Below, one piece after another: positions 61,511-64,000 of a DNA stretch of 64,000 nt. A model generated the notes under the pieces. That model was not told the DNA's origin, ran no database searches, and saw only the letters and a list, made by a program, of their open reading frames with translations. The stretch is from Vitrella brassicaformis CCMP3155. Lineage: Eukaryota; Protista; Chromerida. Position 1 is the stretch's first letter; every line of letters begins with the position of its first letter. The stretch lies in assembly GCA_001179505.1 (NCBI GenBank), contig CDMY01000426.1:14694-78693 (forward strand), in the 5' to 3' direction. The position numbers were made by a program, and so were the translations under genes.

Positions 61511-62778
61511 TTCATACCGAATGGATCGTAGAAGTGATAATAGAAACCATCATGGAAGAATCCATCAACACGACACCAAGATATAAAATGTAGGCAGAGA
61601 TTGCTGCTGCTCGCCGAGTGCAGCACATGATCATCTGTCGCCCACCACGAGGCCACGAGGCCCACCCGCATAGGCAAAACACACCACAGCCACAAGCAAA
61701 AGACGCCAGCAAGCCGTGTGAGTGAGAAAAGGGGGCAGAGTGGGAGTGGGCACGTACACGGCTCTGTTGTGTGTTTGGTGCAGGTTCAGGTGACTACATG
61801 GGCGCGGTGGCTAAGGTGCATCGGATGGCACGGGGCTGGTGGTGATGTGATGTGATGCGGACGATGGGGGCGATGCAGCCAGTAGATGATGTTGTGTGCA
61901 GTCAGTCAGCCGATGAGCTGAGGCTCGTTTGATCATTCGTGGGCGTGAGACGTATTCACGGACAGAGGGAGACATGGTCTGTTGTCATGTGATCGATCGT
62001 CGTTCGTGCGCGTGACAGTCTTAGGGCACTGTCGTCACATATAAAACGTAGGCAACGATAAGCTCCTGCCTTCCCCTCCTACCCTCCCCTCTCAAACCAC
62101 CACCACCACCACCACGCACGCGTATCGATGGCAGGAACGTCACGAAATATAAATTGTAGGCAGAGATCGATATACCTTTCTCCCTCCCTCCATCCCTCCC
62201 TCTTTGACTGTCTGCGATGGCCACCTGCTGCAACTTCCTCGACAACAACTTCACTGTGCGCCATCACTTTCATAGACAAACCATACACCCGGCACACAAA
62301 TACGGACAGATCATAGACACACACACACATCACACACACACACGAAGGCATCGCCCCTAACTAGGGGAAAATGCGGCATTGAGTCCATTGACCGAGTCGG
62401 ACAGATCATACACACACACACACACACACACATCACACACATCACACAGCACAGCCATCCAGACGGGTCACATCCATCCATCCATCCATCCATCACATAC
62501 ATACCACAGGCAGCCATCCATCTCTCTCTCATCCCCCATCATGCAGCCGTCCACTGACCGTGAACCCATCCCATCACATCCCATCCACGAGTCATCAGAT
62601 GCCATCACGACAGCCAAGTGTATGCAGATCGATGTGCTGTACGCCACACACAGACACGCTCCCCAGCTGACCACATCATGTAGCCACACAGACGCACCGT
62701 CCGGCCATCCACCCCGCGATGCAGGCAAGTTGTGTGTGTAGACGAGCCGCCAGCCAATCCAAACACACCACTACCACC

Positions 62779-63153
62779 TTAAGCACGCCGGGCCGACTGG
62801 CGGCTTAGAAGGGATTTTGTCGCACGACAGTACACGCCTGCTGTTCTATCGAGAGAGGGCAAATCGAGAGACGGTGTCTTGGTCTGGTTGATTGGAGAGA
62901 AAGGGTCTTGGTCTGGGAGGTGAGGGCGAGATGGTCTAGTGACAGCTACTATGGACGAATGGATCAACGGGAGATTGTAGTGGCTGCAAGCAGAGACACA
63001 GCAGCCACACGTCAACAGAGGACACAATCAGCCGTGACCAGGATTTGGCAAGTTGTGCTCGTTCGTTAGGAAAACTGATAGCGCGTACGGCAGGCCCAAG
63101 TAGAGCAACAGTGTGAAGGGCAATGGCACACCCATGGCAACAAAATGCCTCAT
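62779..63153 (-). CDS. Possible short secreted peptide gene
   Basis: MRHFVAMGVPLPFTLLLYLGLPYALSVFLTNEHNLPNP splices in phase 1 to DQDPFSPINQTK...SARRA*. An upstream GTGAGT donor at 63241 suggests a 5'-UTR intron. Weak support. Confidence 0.25.
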
Positions 63154-63547
63154 GCCTTCATCCCTACACATCATCCACGCACCAAACCATCACCACACCC
63201 AAGAAACATGACGCACGAAGCCACACTCATATGTACTCACCTGACGGAGGCGGATTATGCGAAAAGAAGGCGCGTGCGCACTCTGCAGGCGCCAGGCAGT
63301 CGCCAGCCGCTCCACAGAAGGCAGGGCGCCACCAGGCGAGGCCTCGCCCGGGTACGCCCGGGGCACGGCAGTGGAGGAAAAAAGTGGCGGGTGAAATCCG
63401 GACGAGTTGGAGGGGTAGAGGGAGGTGCGGCGGACAAGATAAGCCAACAACCAGCCGAAAAGAAAATGAAACGGAGGATCTGTGGCTAAAACAAGGCCGC
63501 AGAGCCGAACGCGGACGGAAAATGAAGAAACGGCTTCAGACCGCAAA

Positions 63548-64000
63548 TCATTTGTGTCTCCGTCTCAGCTCGCAAAGGTCTCGCCACGTTTTGAGTTTCG
63601 TTTTCTGCGACAATTGGCCATTAAAGGCAGACAGAGGCAGAGAGGATGGCTGCTGCCGCAGATGAGGTGAGATTGCGTGAAATCCGCTCACCTTGATGCG
63701 ATCTTTCACTTTTCGCAGCCGGGGGGCGGGTGTGTTGAGGGCAGCGGGGGTCTCTGCGATGGCTGCTGCATCGATGGCCGCTGGAAACTACCCGAGCAGT
63801 GAGCCACCAAACTCACAAACCAGACACGCAGATGGATGCATCTCCCTCTCTCGGTGATAATCTTCCGTTGTGCAGAGCGGGGGAAACTGTCATTAACCGT
63901 AACACTCGTCTGTGTGTCCGTGATACTCATACAAATACAGTCCCATCAGCACGCAGACTCAAACAGGCTCAAGGGGAGGAGGGATCAATCCCCGCCCCAT
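63548..64000 (-). CDS. 3' end of a gene entering from beyond the window, with a basic C-terminus
   Basis: Exon ...TPAPRLRKVKDRIK (ending at 63692) splices in phase 0 to KTKLKTWRDLCELRRRHK* (63604-63548). Confidence 0.4.

Noticed and set aside
61700-62760. Several short ORFs rich in C/V or H/T
   Set aside because: These are translations of (GT)n/(CA)n and CATC tracts. No coherent gene model could be built.
63440-63510. LVLATDPPF, resembling an N6-adenine methyltransferase motif IV
   Set aside because: It lies just past the stop of the upstream gene fragment, overlaps an acceptor-like CACAG, and has no motif I or other MTase context.
1-64000. tRNA, rRNA or autonomous transposon genes
   Set aside because: No cloverleaf, rRNA-like sequence, or transposase, reverse transcriptase or Rep/helicase motifs were recognised by eye. 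A covariance-model or HMM scan would be needed to exclude them.

Overview
This is intron-rich, GC-rich eukaryotic genomic DNA. It has short GT-AG introns full of (CA)n/(GT)n, CATC/GATG and GACA/TGTC tracts, and gene families that look lineage-specific. I infer a chromerid alveolate, most likely Vitrella brassicaformis; no database search was possible. About 20 gene models are supported. The clearest are the DEAD-box helicase DBP10/DDX54 (9994-14494) and RanBP1 (23337-24438). Others are an RRM-RRM-SAM protein, an LRR/Cys-rich/multi-TM receptor-like protein, a large type I membrane protein, an NHL-BTB protein, a probable plastid-targeted protein, an ankyrin-UIM-RING gene and several members of expanded hypothetical families. 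Three signals stand out. (1) A chimeric gene at 50538-52253 in which exon 1 and intron 1 of a family gene, paralogous to the neighbour at 52569, are joined to an intronless calpain-like (peptidase C2) cysteine protease domain. (2) Four expanded-family genes carry frameshifts at short tandem duplications or repeat expansions (TCGTC x2, ATCG x2, an exact 32-bp x2, and CA and AT runs), while the conserved genes appear intact where I checked. (3) Many introns place AC tracts 5' and GT tracts 3', which suggests structure-assisted splicing. Exon boundaries were called by eye. Feature spans include introns.
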